Under the pieces are notes generated by a model. The model ran no database searches. It saw nothing but the letters and a program-made list of their open reading frames with translations, and was not told the DNA's origin. Source: an uncultured Gammaproteobacteria bacterium (GTDB taxonomy: Bacteria; Patescibacteriota; Patescibacteriia; UBA9934). From it: DNA of 64,000 nt. The stretch lies in assembly GCA_964452565.1 (NCBI GenBank), contig CAYVLY010000001.1:579053-643052 (forward strand). Reading direction: 5' to 3'. Shown piece by piece: positions 1 through 9,704 of the stretch. Every line of letters starts with the position of its first letter. Position 1 is the first letter of the stretch. A program made the translations under genes and the position numbers.

Positions 1-1584
1 AAAGTTCCCAAGCGAGTACACAACTAGCACATCGTCGATAATCTCAATCCCTTGCGCTACATGTGGGTGCCCGCCAATGATCAAATCTGCACCAGCATCG
101 ATCATAAGCTGTGCTAATTCACGCTGCGACCAGCTTGGAGCAACAATATACTCAGATCCCCAATGCGGGAACACAATCACAAATCTACCCTCTTCGTCAG
201 CTGCCTGAATCTGGGTCTCCAACTCTGCTGTATCAGGTTGGAACTGGTGATAGCCAATATACGTAAGTTCAATGCCATTGATCGTCTCGTCATATCGAGG
301 TACAGGCGTTGCATATGATCCAAACCATGGAATACCCATCTCATCCAATCGATCTTTTGTCTCTTGAAGGCCAGCAGATCCAACGTCACTGGCATGATTG
401 TTAGCCAAACTTACTACATCGATATACTCATTCATAACCTCAACCGATTCTGGAGCAAAAACAAACCTAAATGGCGGATAAACTGTATAAGTGCTTGCAA
501 GCTCATTAACTGTTCCTTCAAGATTCCCGATCGTGGTATGAACTCCTGACAGGAATCGCTCCATATTCAACCATGGATAATCCTGCCCTTCTGATTCAAG
601 CAATGTTCGGACTCCACGATCAAGCATTATATCTCCCACAACATGCAGAGCCGCAAAGGTATCAGCGTCTGACCCTCCTTCTGTAAAGTAGCCTAAGATA
701 TGACTGGTATTCTCTTCATAATCCTCTGACAAGCCCATGTCAAGCGAGTTACCATGATGCACCAAATTCCAAATTTGGTCTTCACGTTCTGCGTTCACCT
801 GCAACAGGACATCTAAACCAACATTCGAATCAATCTCAGGCTCTGCACCCTCCATTAATCCGGACTCAATTAAACGCAGTGTGACCTCATCGTGAAACTC
901 TGATGCGGTCTGCGGCAAAAAGTGCGACATGTCGATACTTGCGATCACCACAGCATCCTTAGCATGATCGTCAATCGCCTCAACAAGCGCCCAGAGATCT
1001 TCATCACTTAAAGACTCATGCAAAACAATGGGAACGATCTGAGCGCCTGGAAATGATCTCGCAACAAACGGCATTAACGTACTAATACCATGCTCATACT
1101 CGAAAGTATCATCTTCAATCGAAAGTATCTCAACATCTTCTACCAAGTCTCCGATCAAACTCTGATTAGATCGAACCTCGCCATAATACGTCTCCCAACT
1201 TCCCAACGTAGTCTGTATTGGCGACATGCCCAAATCAAAATGGTTTGGGCTCAAAAGTATAACTGTATCAGCACGATCATCCGAGATTGTTTCAAATACT
1301 TTTGCAATCTCATCAGCTACAACTAAATGATGTGCAACGATCGCAGACTGAGACTTAACTTGATCAACACCCTCTGCCTTCTCATATGCCCAATCATAGA
1401 GCGACTGCGTGTACCTGTTAGTTGAAAATATAGTTGCCTCAGCTGAATCTTCTCGAAAAGCAGCCATTGAAAAGTTTCGACTGGTATCTTCAGCACCCAA
1501 AAACCAACCAACAATAAACATCGCCTCGATGAAGATCAGGGCTACAGCTATAACCGCTATTGCTTTGAGTGACTTTGATCTCAT
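1..1584 (-). CDS. MEMO1/AmmeMemoRadiSam protein B domain fused to CapA (PGA_cap) metallophosphoesterase domain, N-terminal membrane anchor; runs off the left edge
   Basis: Translated by hand (absent from the ORF track): MRSKSLKAIAVIAVALIF..., MEMO motifs IVAHH, LLSPNHF, YEHGI, ASIDMSH; CapA motifs VGDIMLDR, GNLEG, SLANNHASD, FPHWGSEY, IIGGHPHVAQGIE, YSLGNF. Confidence 0.85.
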   Translation of the reverse strand, partial: MRSKSLKAIAVIAVALIFIEAMFIVGWFLGAEDTSRNFSMAAFREDSAEATIFSTNRYTQSLYDWAYEKAEGVDQVKSQSAIVAHHLVVADEIAKVFETISDDRADTVILLSPNHFDLGMSPIQTTLGSWETYYGEVRSNQSLIGDLVEDVEILSIEDDTFEYEHGISTLMPFVARSFPGAQIVPIVLHESLSDEDLWALVEAIDDHAKDAVVIASIDMSHFLPQTASEFHDEVTLRLIESGLMEGAEPEIDSNVGLDVLLQVNAEREDQIWNLVHHGNSLDMGLSEDYEENTSHILGYFTEGGSDADTFAALHVVGDIMLDRGVRTLLESEGQDYPWLNMERFLSGVHTTIGNLEGTVNELASTYTVYPPFRFVFAPESVEVMNEYIDVVSLANNHASDVGSAGLQETKDRLDEMGIPWFGSYATPVPRYDETINGIELTYIGYHQFQPDTAELETQIQAADEEGRFVIVFPHWGSEYIVAPSWSQRELAQLMIDAGADLIIGGHPHVAQGIEIIDDVLVVYSLGNF

Positions 1585-1606
1585 ATCTGCATTATACAGC
1601 AATTAA

Positions 1607-1632
1607 AAAGAACCGGCTCGCACCGGTTCTTT
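1607..1632. terminator. Bidirectional intrinsic terminator
   Basis: AAAGAACCGG-ctcgca-CCGGTTCTTT hairpin with A/T tracts. Confidence 0.7.
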
Positions 1633-1669
1633 ATCTGTCTGGGTTCTGTAGTCTGTGTTCTGAGTTCTG

Positions 1670-2155
1670 TTATTCAACGTAAGTCGATACTGTGTAGAAG
1701 CTACAGTTAAGTCCGTCGTCAAAACAGACATCAAATGCACCCTTCCAGTTTCCACTCTCAAGCGCTACAGCATGGAAAGTAACTGTTGTGCCACCTGCAG
1801 GTATATCTGCTAACAATGTGTGGGTATACGTTCCATCATCAAGCAAGTATGACTCTGAGAAATCCGGCGTAGATGATCCGATAGCCACACCCTCAAGGTA
1901 TGTCTCTCCGATATCAATACTATGCAAGAGTTGTGTTTCGCTAGAATCATGTGAGATAGTTGCCACAACGTCAAACTCTTCTCCTACAACCACTGATGTT
2001 GGCACATCAATAGTTGCCTCTGGGATTGAATCATAATCACCCCATGAGTAATCATAATCATAGTCATCCTCCCATTCATAATCATATGAACGCTCACAAC
2101 CTGCCCCCATTAGGACGAGTGCAAATACACTCATCAAAAGCAATGCTTTTTTCAT
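1670..2155 (-). CDS. Putative lipoprotein with Ig-like domain
   Basis: Signal peptide ending LMGAGC (lipobox-like), Asp/Tyr-rich linker, beta-rich C-terminus; start moved to MKKALLL. Confidence 0.65.
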   Translation of the reverse strand: MKKALLLMSVFALVLMGAGCERSYDYEWEDDYDYDYSWGDYDSIPEATIDVPTSVVVGEEFDVVATISHDSSETQLLHSIDIGETYLEGVAIGSSTPDFSESYLLDDGTYTHTLLADIPAGGTTVTFHAVALESGNWKGAFDVCFDDGLNCSFYTVSTYVE

Positions 2156-2220
2156 AAGTTTTTCTTTATAAATTAGCTTAAATATAGTATACAAGACTCC
2201 TTATTGAGCTGGAAGAGTCC

Positions 2221-3237
2221 TTATTGACAAGTATAATCTGCAGAATCTATATCCTCAAATAAGAATATCTGTGGCTCTGAATCATAGTCACTACGCCAGG
2301 CATCTACAACCTCAGTGTATGAAGCCCATATAATGCGATCGTCTTCAGGTAGTGAGTCTAGCTCACGAACGAGCTCCACGGCTTCGCTAGCACCACCAAA
2401 GAGCTCCTTTTGTGGTATGGCTACTGACACTGTCAAAAGCTGATCTTCGATTTTTCCCTCGTTAATATAATCAAGTAAAACTTGAATGTAATCTATTTCG
2501 TTCTCAAAAGCATTCACTATCTCGGGGCGGGTACAGCTAGCGTGTGGCCCAGACGCAACATTAACCATACGACCCTCGGGATCGTGAACAAGAAAATCAT
2601 CTCCTGCGCCTGCAGGAATCCAAACTCCAGAGTTAGGATCATCCTTACTAAAATCACCAAGATGATGGTCAAAATGAACCGCGCCACTAATTATTTCCGG
2701 GTAAAAAGTAAAGTCGGGGTAGACATTCCCCTGCTGTCCACTATCAAGCTCTTTAAATTGGGATCCAGAATTCCACACAATACCTACGATGTCAGTCATC
2801 CGATCAGTAACAAGGCCTCCAATATATCGAGTATCTGCATGATTCTCCTCGCTCCCCCAATCGTAAGCTCCACCGTGGTGCTCATCGATTTCAAAATTAT
2901 ATTCTTTGGCAAGATAGTCAATAACATTCATGCCATTTGTGCTTTTTTGCATCTCAGGCGTTTCACAATTCAATACACCACTAAAGAACTGATATGAAAT
3001 CTGGAGATTCAATCTATATCCATTCTCATGCATAATACTTGAATAATCTAGAAGCTCTTCGCGAAAACTCGGATAGGCTAGACAATCAGTATAAATATCT
3101 CCGCCCTCAATATGCGCCATTAGGGTTACATAAACTTTTGATTCTGGCTCACGATCCTTTTGAACAAGTTTAACGACTAGAAAACAAAAAACGATCATAA
3201 TGACCGCAATACCTAATGATAGAATATACTTCTTCAT
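2221..3237 (-). CDS. Membrane-anchored hypothetical protein, possible polysaccharide-deacetylase-like barrel
   Basis: N-terminal TM helix; TLMAHIEG and EIDEHHG resemble NodB-type metal-binding motifs. Confidence 0.5.
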   Translation of the reverse strand: MKKYILSLGIAVIMIVFCFLVVKLVQKDREPESKVYVTLMAHIEGGDIYTDCLAYPSFREELLDYSSIMHENGYRLNLQISYQFFSGVLNCETPEMQKSTNGMNVIDYLAKEYNFEIDEHHGGAYDWGSEENHADTRYIGGLVTDRMTDIVGIVWNSGSQFKELDSGQQGNVYPDFTFYPEIISGAVHFDHHLGDFSKDDPNSGVWIPAGAGDDFLVHDPEGRMVNVASGPHASCTRPEIVNAFENEIDYIQVLLDYINEGKIEDQLLTVSVAIPQKELFGGASEAVELVRELDSLPEDDRIIWASYTEVVDAWRSDYDSEPQIFLFEDIDSADYTCQ

Positions 3238-3285
3238 ATGCATTCTATTGTACCGTTTTCGAATTGAATCGAAAAGCACCACACA

Positions 3286-3765
3286 CTACCCAAATCGTAA
3301 TTTTTGAGCACCTGTCCAGGCAATTGCCAAAGCATCAGCTGCGTCGTCTGGCTTGGGAACTTCCTTCAATCCAAAAACTGTTTTTACCATCTCTTGCACT
3401 TGGTGTTTATCGGCTTTTCCATAGCCTGTAACCGCAACCTTAACCTCATTTGGCTTAACTCCAATGACTTCGACCCCAGCCTTGGCGGCTAAGTATTGAA
3501 TCATGCCGCGGACCTCTGCAACCTGCAAAGCTGTTGTGGTGCTTTTTGCAAAAAATAACTCCTCAAGCGCTAGAGCCTGGGGTTTAAATGTCTCGATTAA
3601 CTCCTGAACATCACGTCCGATCTCTAAAAGACGAATTTCAAAATCCAACCCAGCGTCTGATGTAATTACGCCATGATGCACACATTTCCAATCTCGACCT
3701 TGAAGCTCAATAACTCCAAAGCCACAACGACCAAATCCTGGATCAATGCCAAGTACCCTACTCAT
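3286..3765 (-). CDS. ruvC: Crossover junction endodeoxyribonuclease RuvC
   Basis: VLGIDPG, ALEELFF, GYGKADKHQV, PDDAADALAIA. Confidence 0.97.
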   Translation of the reverse strand: MSRVLGIDPGFGRCGFGVIELQGRDWKCVHHGVITSDAGLDFEIRLLEIGRDVQELIETFKPQALALEELFFAKSTTTALQVAEVRGMIQYLAAKAGVEVIGVKPNEVKVAVTGYGKADKHQVQEMVKTVFGLKEVPKPDDAADALAIAWTGAQKLRFG

Positions 3766-4780
3766 ACTTCACCCTTCCAGTATTCACAATTAATTTCTTA
3801 TCCTCCTGAGGCACCTCATCTTTCATCTGCAAAAGCATTGCAAGCCCTGCGATGCCTGAGGGCTCACAAACCAGATCGTTCATATCTGCAATCTTTATCG
3901 CCTCTTGCAAATACTCCTCACGCACAATTCCAACACGTGACTTTGCTCCGATATGCCCCTTCCTCTTAGAAAGGTTGATCCAGTGCGGATCCAGATGCAC
4001 AAAAGGCAAGTGAGGAGAATAGAGCTTATCAGCAATGCTGTTTGGATTATTTGTTGTCGCGCCCATGAAGTGGCACTTTCCAATCTTCTTTGCCTCACCC
4101 TTGAACCGCTTATCGTGAAACACAAATGATGAAGATTCACGCTGAGCTATGTTTACGATATTTTCATATAAATGCCCAGTGCCATATGGAACAAAGACCC
4201 AATCAGCATTTTGACTCAAAATGTCATAGCTCATCCAGTCATAGAAAACATCAAATGGCCCCAGCGCTTCGTCAGATGTGATATCAATACCCCCTTCGTT
4301 GTCAGTTAGCTTAAGGATGTCCTCAGTGAACAACACGCGTTTATCAAGATCGGTCTCATAGACCTCGCAGCCAATATTTTCAAAATGCTGCTTTGCCTCT
4401 GGATCTAATTCGAAATGAACAAGAACCTTCAAATTAGGTAAATTGTATCTTCGCAACATCTTCTGGATCGCGACCGCAGCAGAGCCTGAGGATATGATCG
4501 ACATTTGCGGTAGATGATCTGTAACACCAGCCTGCTTTGCAAGCAAAAGATTCTTATATGTGACAACCATCTCCCAGGCCATTCGATCTTTATGGGTACC
4601 AGTAGGATTCACACTCTCATCCTTAACAAAAACATTTGCAACTCCAGGAACCTGAATCTCAAACGTTGGGGTCGACGGATAATGGGGATTCTCTGGCGGA
4701 AACTCTGGCTTCTTTGGATCATTCTCAGATGGAACATGAATGGAATCCAGGATCTTTTGTTCTTGCTCTGTTAATGGCAT
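3758..4780 (-). CDS. PLP-dependent enzyme, fold type II (threonine synthase/cysteine synthase-like)
   Basis: KDESVNPTGTHKDR PLP-lysine motif, SSGS, VPYGTG, CEPSGIAGLA, VNTG. Confidence 0.8.
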   Translation of the reverse strand: MPLTEQEQKILDSIHVPSENDPKKPEFPPENPHYPSTPTFEIQVPGVANVFVKDESVNPTGTHKDRMAWEMVVTYKNLLLAKQAGVTDHLPQMSIISSGSAAVAIQKMLRRYNLPNLKVLVHFELDPEAKQHFENIGCEVYETDLDKRVLFTEDILKLTDNEGGIDITSDEALGPFDVFYDWMSYDILSQNADWVFVPYGTGHLYENIVNIAQRESSSFVFHDKRFKGEAKKIGKCHFMGATTNNPNSIADKLYSPHLPFVHLDPHWINLSKRKGHIGAKSRVGIVREEYLQEAIKIADMNDLVCEPSGIAGLAMLLQMKDEVPQEDKKLIVNTGRVKYE

Positions 4781-4795
4781 AGGCCGTGGGGTTAT

Positions 4796-5512
4796 TTACG
4801 CGGCGTTAGTATAAACACTATCAACGTCGTCGTCATCCTCCAGTGCATCTATGAATCTCATCAGCTTTGAACCTTGTTCGTCAGTTAATTCAATCATTGT
4901 ATCTGGTACATACTCAAGTCCAGCCGATGAGACTGTAAGTTCCAACTCTCTTGCCGCGTCAGAAACCTTTTTCAAATCCTTAACTTCAGATGTAACTATC
5001 AAACCAGCTTCTTCGTCCCAATCAATATCTTCTGCCCCGGCATCGATAAGCCCAAGCTCTATCGTATCCCTGTCCTCAACCCCAGTAATATCATCAACTC
5101 GTACGATTCCCTTTTGTGAAAACTGCCACTTAACCTTTGCATCCATGTTGCCGCCGTTTTTATTGCTAATGGTTTTGATGTTTGTATAAGCGCGGTTCGT
5201 ATTATCGGTTAAGGCTACGATCAACATAGAGACGCCACCCGGGCCCATACATTCATAAACAGCTGTCTCAAGCGCTCCACCGTCTCCTGTTCCGGCACCG
5301 CGCTTAATCGCTCTTTCAATATTATCCTTTGGCATGTTAGCTGCCTTTGCTCTATCGATCGCCAATCTTAGTGAGAAATTCATACTTGGGTCTGACCCCT
5401 CACGCGCTGCAACCGAAATAAGCTTAGCAAGCTTTGAAAAAGCCTTACCGCGCTTAGCATCTGCTGCTCCTTTTTTGTGGCGAATAGACGCCCATTTACT
5501 GTGTCCTGACAT
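4796..5512 (-). CDS. yebC: YebC/PmpR family protein
   Basis: MSGHSKWASIRHKKG, NMPKDNIERAI, LEDDDDVDSVYTN. Confidence 0.97.
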   Translation of the reverse strand: MSGHSKWASIRHKKGAADAKRGKAFSKLAKLISVAAREGSDPSMNFSLRLAIDRAKAANMPKDNIERAIKRGAGTGDGGALETAVYECMGPGGVSMLIVALTDNTNRAYTNIKTISNKNGGNMDAKVKWQFSQKGIVRVDDITGVEDRDTIELGLIDAGAEDIDWDEEAGLIVTSEVKDLKKVSDAARELELTVSSAGLEYVPDTMIELTDEQGSKLMRFIDALEDDDDVDSVYTNAA

Positions 5513-5520
5513 AATTTATC

Positions 5521-5554
5521 GAATTTGGAATATAGAATCTCGAATCTGGAATTG
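5521..5554. repeat. Degenerate heptamer tandem repeat
   Basis: GAATTTG GAATATA GAATCTC GAATCTG GAATTG. Confidence 0.55.
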
Positions 5555-5635
5555 AATGTTTTTGTCATCCCTAGCAGAACGAGGGATCTACTTATCTATG
5601 CTCTGAATTCTATCTTCTCGGTACTGCCTTATTAA

Positions 5636-5661
5636 CAAATGGCGCCATGCGGCGCCATTTG
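5636..5661 (-). terminator. Hairpin after rpoC
   Basis: CAAATGGCGCC-atgc-GGCGCCATTTG immediately after the rpoC stop. Confidence 0.65.
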
Positions 5662-5662
5662 G

Positions 5663-8600
5663 TTATTCTTCTGCTGTTTCTTTACCTCTATCCTGAACTT
5701 CATCTCCAGTAACTTCAACATCATCCTCCTTATCTGGCGCTTCACCTTCTTGTTCTTGATCATCTGGCTCCTCAACAGGCTCTTCCTCAGCCTCCTCTGG
5801 CATATCAATGTACTCATTATCATATCCAGTTCCGGCGGGAATCAAGCGACCAATAATCACGTTTTCCTTAAGACCGTTCAATCCATCAACCTTTCCAGTT
5901 ACTGACGCATTAATAAGGACCCGAGCGGTCTCCTGGAAGGACGCAGCTGAAAGCCATGACTCAGTTGAAAGTGATACCTTTGTAATTCCTAGGAATAGAT
6001 CTTCATACTCAGAAGGCTTTTTCTTACTCTTCTTTACACGAGAGTTTTCATTCTCCATAGATGCACGCTCAACAACCTCACCTGGTAAGAAATCAGAATC
6101 TTTGGGTTCAGTAATGCGAACTCGGCTAAACATTTGCCGTGCGATAATTTCGATATGTTTGCTGTTCAGCTTCTGTCCCTGTGAAGCATACACCTCTGTG
6201 ATCTGGTTCAAGATGTAATCTTGAACAGCTTGGCGACCCTTGTACTTAAACAGTGCCTGAAGGTCCAAGTGTCCTTCTGTAAGCGTGTCCCCAGCAAGAA
6301 CCTCGTCGCCGTCTTTGACATATAGTGTATACCCTTGGGGGATAACGTATTCACGTACCTTTGGAGCATCATGGGTTACTGTAATTGTTGTCTTCTTGGC
6401 AACAACTACTCCCTCAACATCTGAAAGTAGCTTTTCTCCAGTAGTGGTTTCACCAATTACATCCCCTGCTCGCAGCTTGTCTCCATCCTTAACCATAAGC
6501 TTACCACCACGGCCCACAGAGAACTTCTTGTCCTCAACAGCTGTGTAGCGAATTCTTATAATTGATTGACCTGGGCGAGCATCAGTCATCTTCTTACCAG
6601 TCCCAACCTGTTCGATTGTTCGCTCAGCGCGGTCAACTTGGACAGATCCAGAAACCTCAGTCATGATCGCCTTCTGCTTTGGCATTCTAGCCTCAAATAG
6701 CTCTTCAACACGTGGAAGTCCAGAGGTAATATCCTTTCCAGCAACTCCTCCAGTGTGGAAAGTACGCATGGTCAGCTGTGTTCCAGGTTCTCCAATAGAT
6801 TGCGCTGCAATGATTCCAACTGATGTTCCCATTTTCACAGGCTTGTTGTGAGCCAAATCATATCCATAACACTTCTGACAAACTCCCCCATACTCCTTAC
6901 ATGTAAGTAGGTACCGGATATGTGCTTCCTCGAGGCCCTTCTTCGCGCTCTTTAGTGTTCGAATATGATCCTCGACAATGAGCTCACCAGCCTCTACCAC
7001 AGTCTTCCGACCTCCAGGCATGATAATTGGCTTCAAGGCTGTTCGTCCGATGATTCGATCATAGATTGACACACCCATGTCCTCCGCTTGTTTAGCAGTT
7101 ATAACCATTCCTTCTGTGTCCTTACAGTCCTCTGTTCGAACAACAACATCTTGAGCAACATCAACGAGTCGGCGTGTTAGATATCCAGCGTTTGCAGTTT
7201 TCAAAGCAGTGTCAGTCAGTCCTTTACGCTGTCCATGTGATGAGATAAAGAACTCAAGCACATCAACACCTTCCTTAAATGAGGATTTCACCGGAAGCTC
7301 GATAGTCTCTCCGGTAGCTGACGCCTTAAGACCAATCATTCCAATCATCTGAGTCATCTGACCCCATGATCCACGAGCACCAGAATCAATCATAGTGAAT
7401 GCTGAACTTCCATCTGGAAGCATTCCCTTTGCCAAATCTGCAATTCGATCCTTTACCTCAGCCCAAACCTTAATAATCTGAGTGTGTCGCTCACTTTGTG
7501 TGAGAAGACCTTGAGCAAAGAAGTTTTCAATCTCAGCAATGCGAGCGTTTCCATCCTCCACGATTTCCTTCTTTTGAGGAATCTCAGGTAGCTCACTCAT
7601 TCCCCAAGAATAACCAGATTTTTCCGCATATCTAAATCCAAGCTCCTTAAGCTCATCCAAAAGCTCTGATGTAAATTCTGAACCATGATGCTCCAAAGTC
7701 TCACGCACAATCTTTGCAAGCTGCTTCTTCCCCATTGTTTCATTCATGTATGGCACAAACTCTGGGAATCGTTCGTTTAAAATTATACGTCCAATTGTAG
7801 TAACAAGCATTTCTCCATCCAGACGAACACGGATCCAATCATGTAGTGATACGCCACCTGATTGATATGCATACTTGGCGTCCTGCGCATTTGCAAATGA
7901 CTTTAACTTCTCTTCATCTAGCTCATTATGTGTCATCGATAAATAATATGCTCCCCATGCAATGTCCTTACCAGGGGTTGCAACTGGCCCACCATGAGAA
8001 GGTTTCAATAGGTTGTGGGTTGAAAGCATTAACTCTTCAGCCTCACGCTTTGCCTCGCGTGTTAGCGGAACGTGTACAGCCATTTGGTCTCCATCAAAGT
8101 CAGCGTTAAACGCATCACAAACCATTGGATGTACCTGGATCGCCTTACCCTCGATAAGCACTGGTCGGAAAGCCTGAATTCCTAAACGGTGAAGCGTAGG
8201 AGCACGATTAAGCATCACGTATGCATCTAGTACAACTTCTTCCAAAATATCCCAAACCTCTGATCGATCTGATTCAATAAATCTATTTGCTGATCTAATA
8301 TTGTGAACATACTCACGTGAGATTAGCTTTGAAATTACAAATGGTCTGAATAGCTCAAGTGCCATCTTCTTTGGAATTCCACACTGATCAATACTCAGAT
8401 GAGGTCCAACTACGATCACTGATCGTCCTGAGTAGTCAATTCGTTTACCAAGCAAGTTCTGGCGGAATCGTCCTTGCTTTCCTTTCAGAATATCTGCCAA
8501 AGACTTTAACTGACGTTTTCGTCCAGTAGCTGCGATGACCGTCTTTGATGATCGTGCAGAGTTATCAATAAGTGAGTCAACTGCCTCCTGCAGCATGCGC

Positions 8601-9694
8601 TTCTCGTTTCGTGTAATGACCTCAGGTGCATTCAAATTGTACAATCGCTTTAGACGATTATTTCGGTTAATAACACGTCGGTATAGATCGTTTAGGTCAC
8701 TTGTTGCAAATCGTCCTCCATCAAGAGCAACCATTGGTCGTAAGTCAGCCGGAATAACAGGTATTGCGCGCAACACCATCCAATCTGGAACAATTCCATT
8801 CTTTTTCAATGAATGAAGGAGTTTCAATCGACGCACGATTCGGTCATGTTTTGTCTTAGATCGTGTTGCTTCCAGATCTGCATTCAATTGTTCAATTGTT
8901 GCTTCTACATCCATGCGGTTCAAAAGCTTTAGGACAGCTTCCGCTCCAATCCCAGCATCAAAAATGTGACCAAACTTAATTGACCATTCCTGATATGTTG
9001 CCTCTGGAATTACCTGCATCACCTTCATCTCCTTTAGATCCTGATCGACCTGCAAGAAATCTTCCTCAAGCTCCTCCAACTTCTTTTCAGAAAGCTCTTC
9101 AATGCGCTTTTGCTCAGCATTCAACTGCTTCTTGTCCTCAGCAAACTTCTCTATCACCCGTCCAATGTCACGCTTTTGCTCACCTTCAATCATCTTTTTC
9201 TTTGACTTGTACTCTGCTTTAACAGCTTCAAGTGTTTGTTCAAGTGCCTCCTGATTTACATCAGTGACAATAAAGCTTGAGAAGTAAATGACCTTTTCAA
9301 GTGCCTGGACACCCATGTCGAGGATTGTTCCAATCTTTGATGGAACTCCGCGCAAGAACCAAATGTGTGTTACAGGACTCGCAAGCTCGATATGACCCAT
9401 GCGCTCGCGACGAACAACGGCCTGAGTAACCTCAACGCCACATTTGTCACAAATAATTCCTTTATATCGAATTTTTTTATACTTTCCACAGTAACACTCC
9501 CAGTCTTTTGATGGCCCAAAAATTTCTTCTGCAAACAAACCATGCTTTTCAGGCTTTTGTGTTCTGTAGTTAATGGTCTCTGGCTTGGTGATCTCACCAT
9601 ATGACCATGAACGAATCGCATCAGGTGAAGCGAGCCGTAAGCGAATAGAGTCAAAGTCTGTCGCTTTAAGTGTATTGAGTTGGTGTATAGCCAT
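5663..9694 (-). CDS. rpoC: DNA-directed RNA polymerase beta' subunit
   Basis: [12 protein letters not shown] catalytic motif, CYCGKYK...CDKC zinc finger, [13 protein letters not shown]; acidic C-terminal tail. Confidence 0.99.
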   Translation of the reverse strand: MAIHQLNTLKATDFDSIRLRLASPDAIRSWSYGEITKPETINYRTQKPEKHGLFAEEIFGPSKDWECYCGKYKKIRYKGIICDKCGVEVTQAVVRRERMGHIELASPVTHIWFLRGVPSKIGTILDMGVQALEKVIYFSSFIVTDVNQEALEQTLEAVKAEYKSKKKMIEGEQKRDIGRVIEKFAEDKKQLNAEQKRIEELSEKKLEELEEDFLQVDQDLKEMKVMQVIPEATYQEWSIKFGHIFDAGIGAEAVLKLLNRMDVEATIEQLNADLEATRSKTKHDRIVRRLKLLHSLKKNGIVPDWMVLRAIPVIPADLRPMVALDGGRFATSDLNDLYRRVINRNNRLKRLYNLNAPEVITRNEKRMLQEAVDSLIDNSARSSKTVIAATGRKRQLKSLADILKGKQGRFRQNLLGKRIDYSGRSVIVVGPHLSIDQCGIPKKMALELFRPFVISKLISREYVHNIRSANRFIESDRSEVWDILEEVVLDAYVMLNRAPTLHRLGIQAFRPVLIEGKAIQVHPMVCDAFNADFDGDQMAVHVPLTREAKREAEELMLSTHNLLKPSHGGPVATPGKDIAWGAYYLSMTHNELDEEKLKSFANAQDAKYAYQSGGVSLHDWIRVRLDGEMLVTTIGRIILNERFPEFVPYMNETMGKKQLAKIVRETLEHHGSEFTSELLDELKELGFRYAEKSGYSWGMSELPEIPQKKEIVEDGNARIAEIENFFAQGLLTQSERHTQIIKVWAEVKDRIADLAKGMLPDGSSAFTMIDSGARGSWGQMTQMIGMIGLKASATGETIELPVKSSFKEGVDVLEFFISSHGQRKGLTDTALKTANAGYLTRRLVDVAQDVVVRTEDCKDTEGMVITAKQAEDMGVSIYDRIIGRTALKPIIMPGGRKTVVEAGELIVEDHIRTLKSAKKGLEEAHIRYLLTCKEYGGVCQKCYGYDLAHNKPVKMGTSVGIIAAQSIGEPGTQLTMRTFHTGGVAGKDITSGLPRVEELFEARMPKQKAIMTEVSGSVQVDRAERTIEQVGTGKKMTDARPGQSIIRIRYTAVEDKKFSVGRGGKLMVKDGDKLRAGDVIGETTTGEKLLSDVEGVVVAKKTTITVTHDAPKVREYVIPQGYTLYVKDGDEVLAGDTLTEGHLDLQALFKYKGRQAVQDYILNQITEVYASQGQKLNSKHIEIIARQMFSRVRITEPKDSDFLPGEVVERASMENENSRVKKSKKKPSEYEDLFLGITKVSLSTESWLSAASFQETARVLINASVTGKVDGLNGLKENVIIGRLIPAGTGYDNEYIDMPEEAEEEPVEEPDDQEQEGEAPDKEDDVEVTGDEVQDRGKETAEE

Positions 9695-9704
9695 ATGATT
9701 TCAC

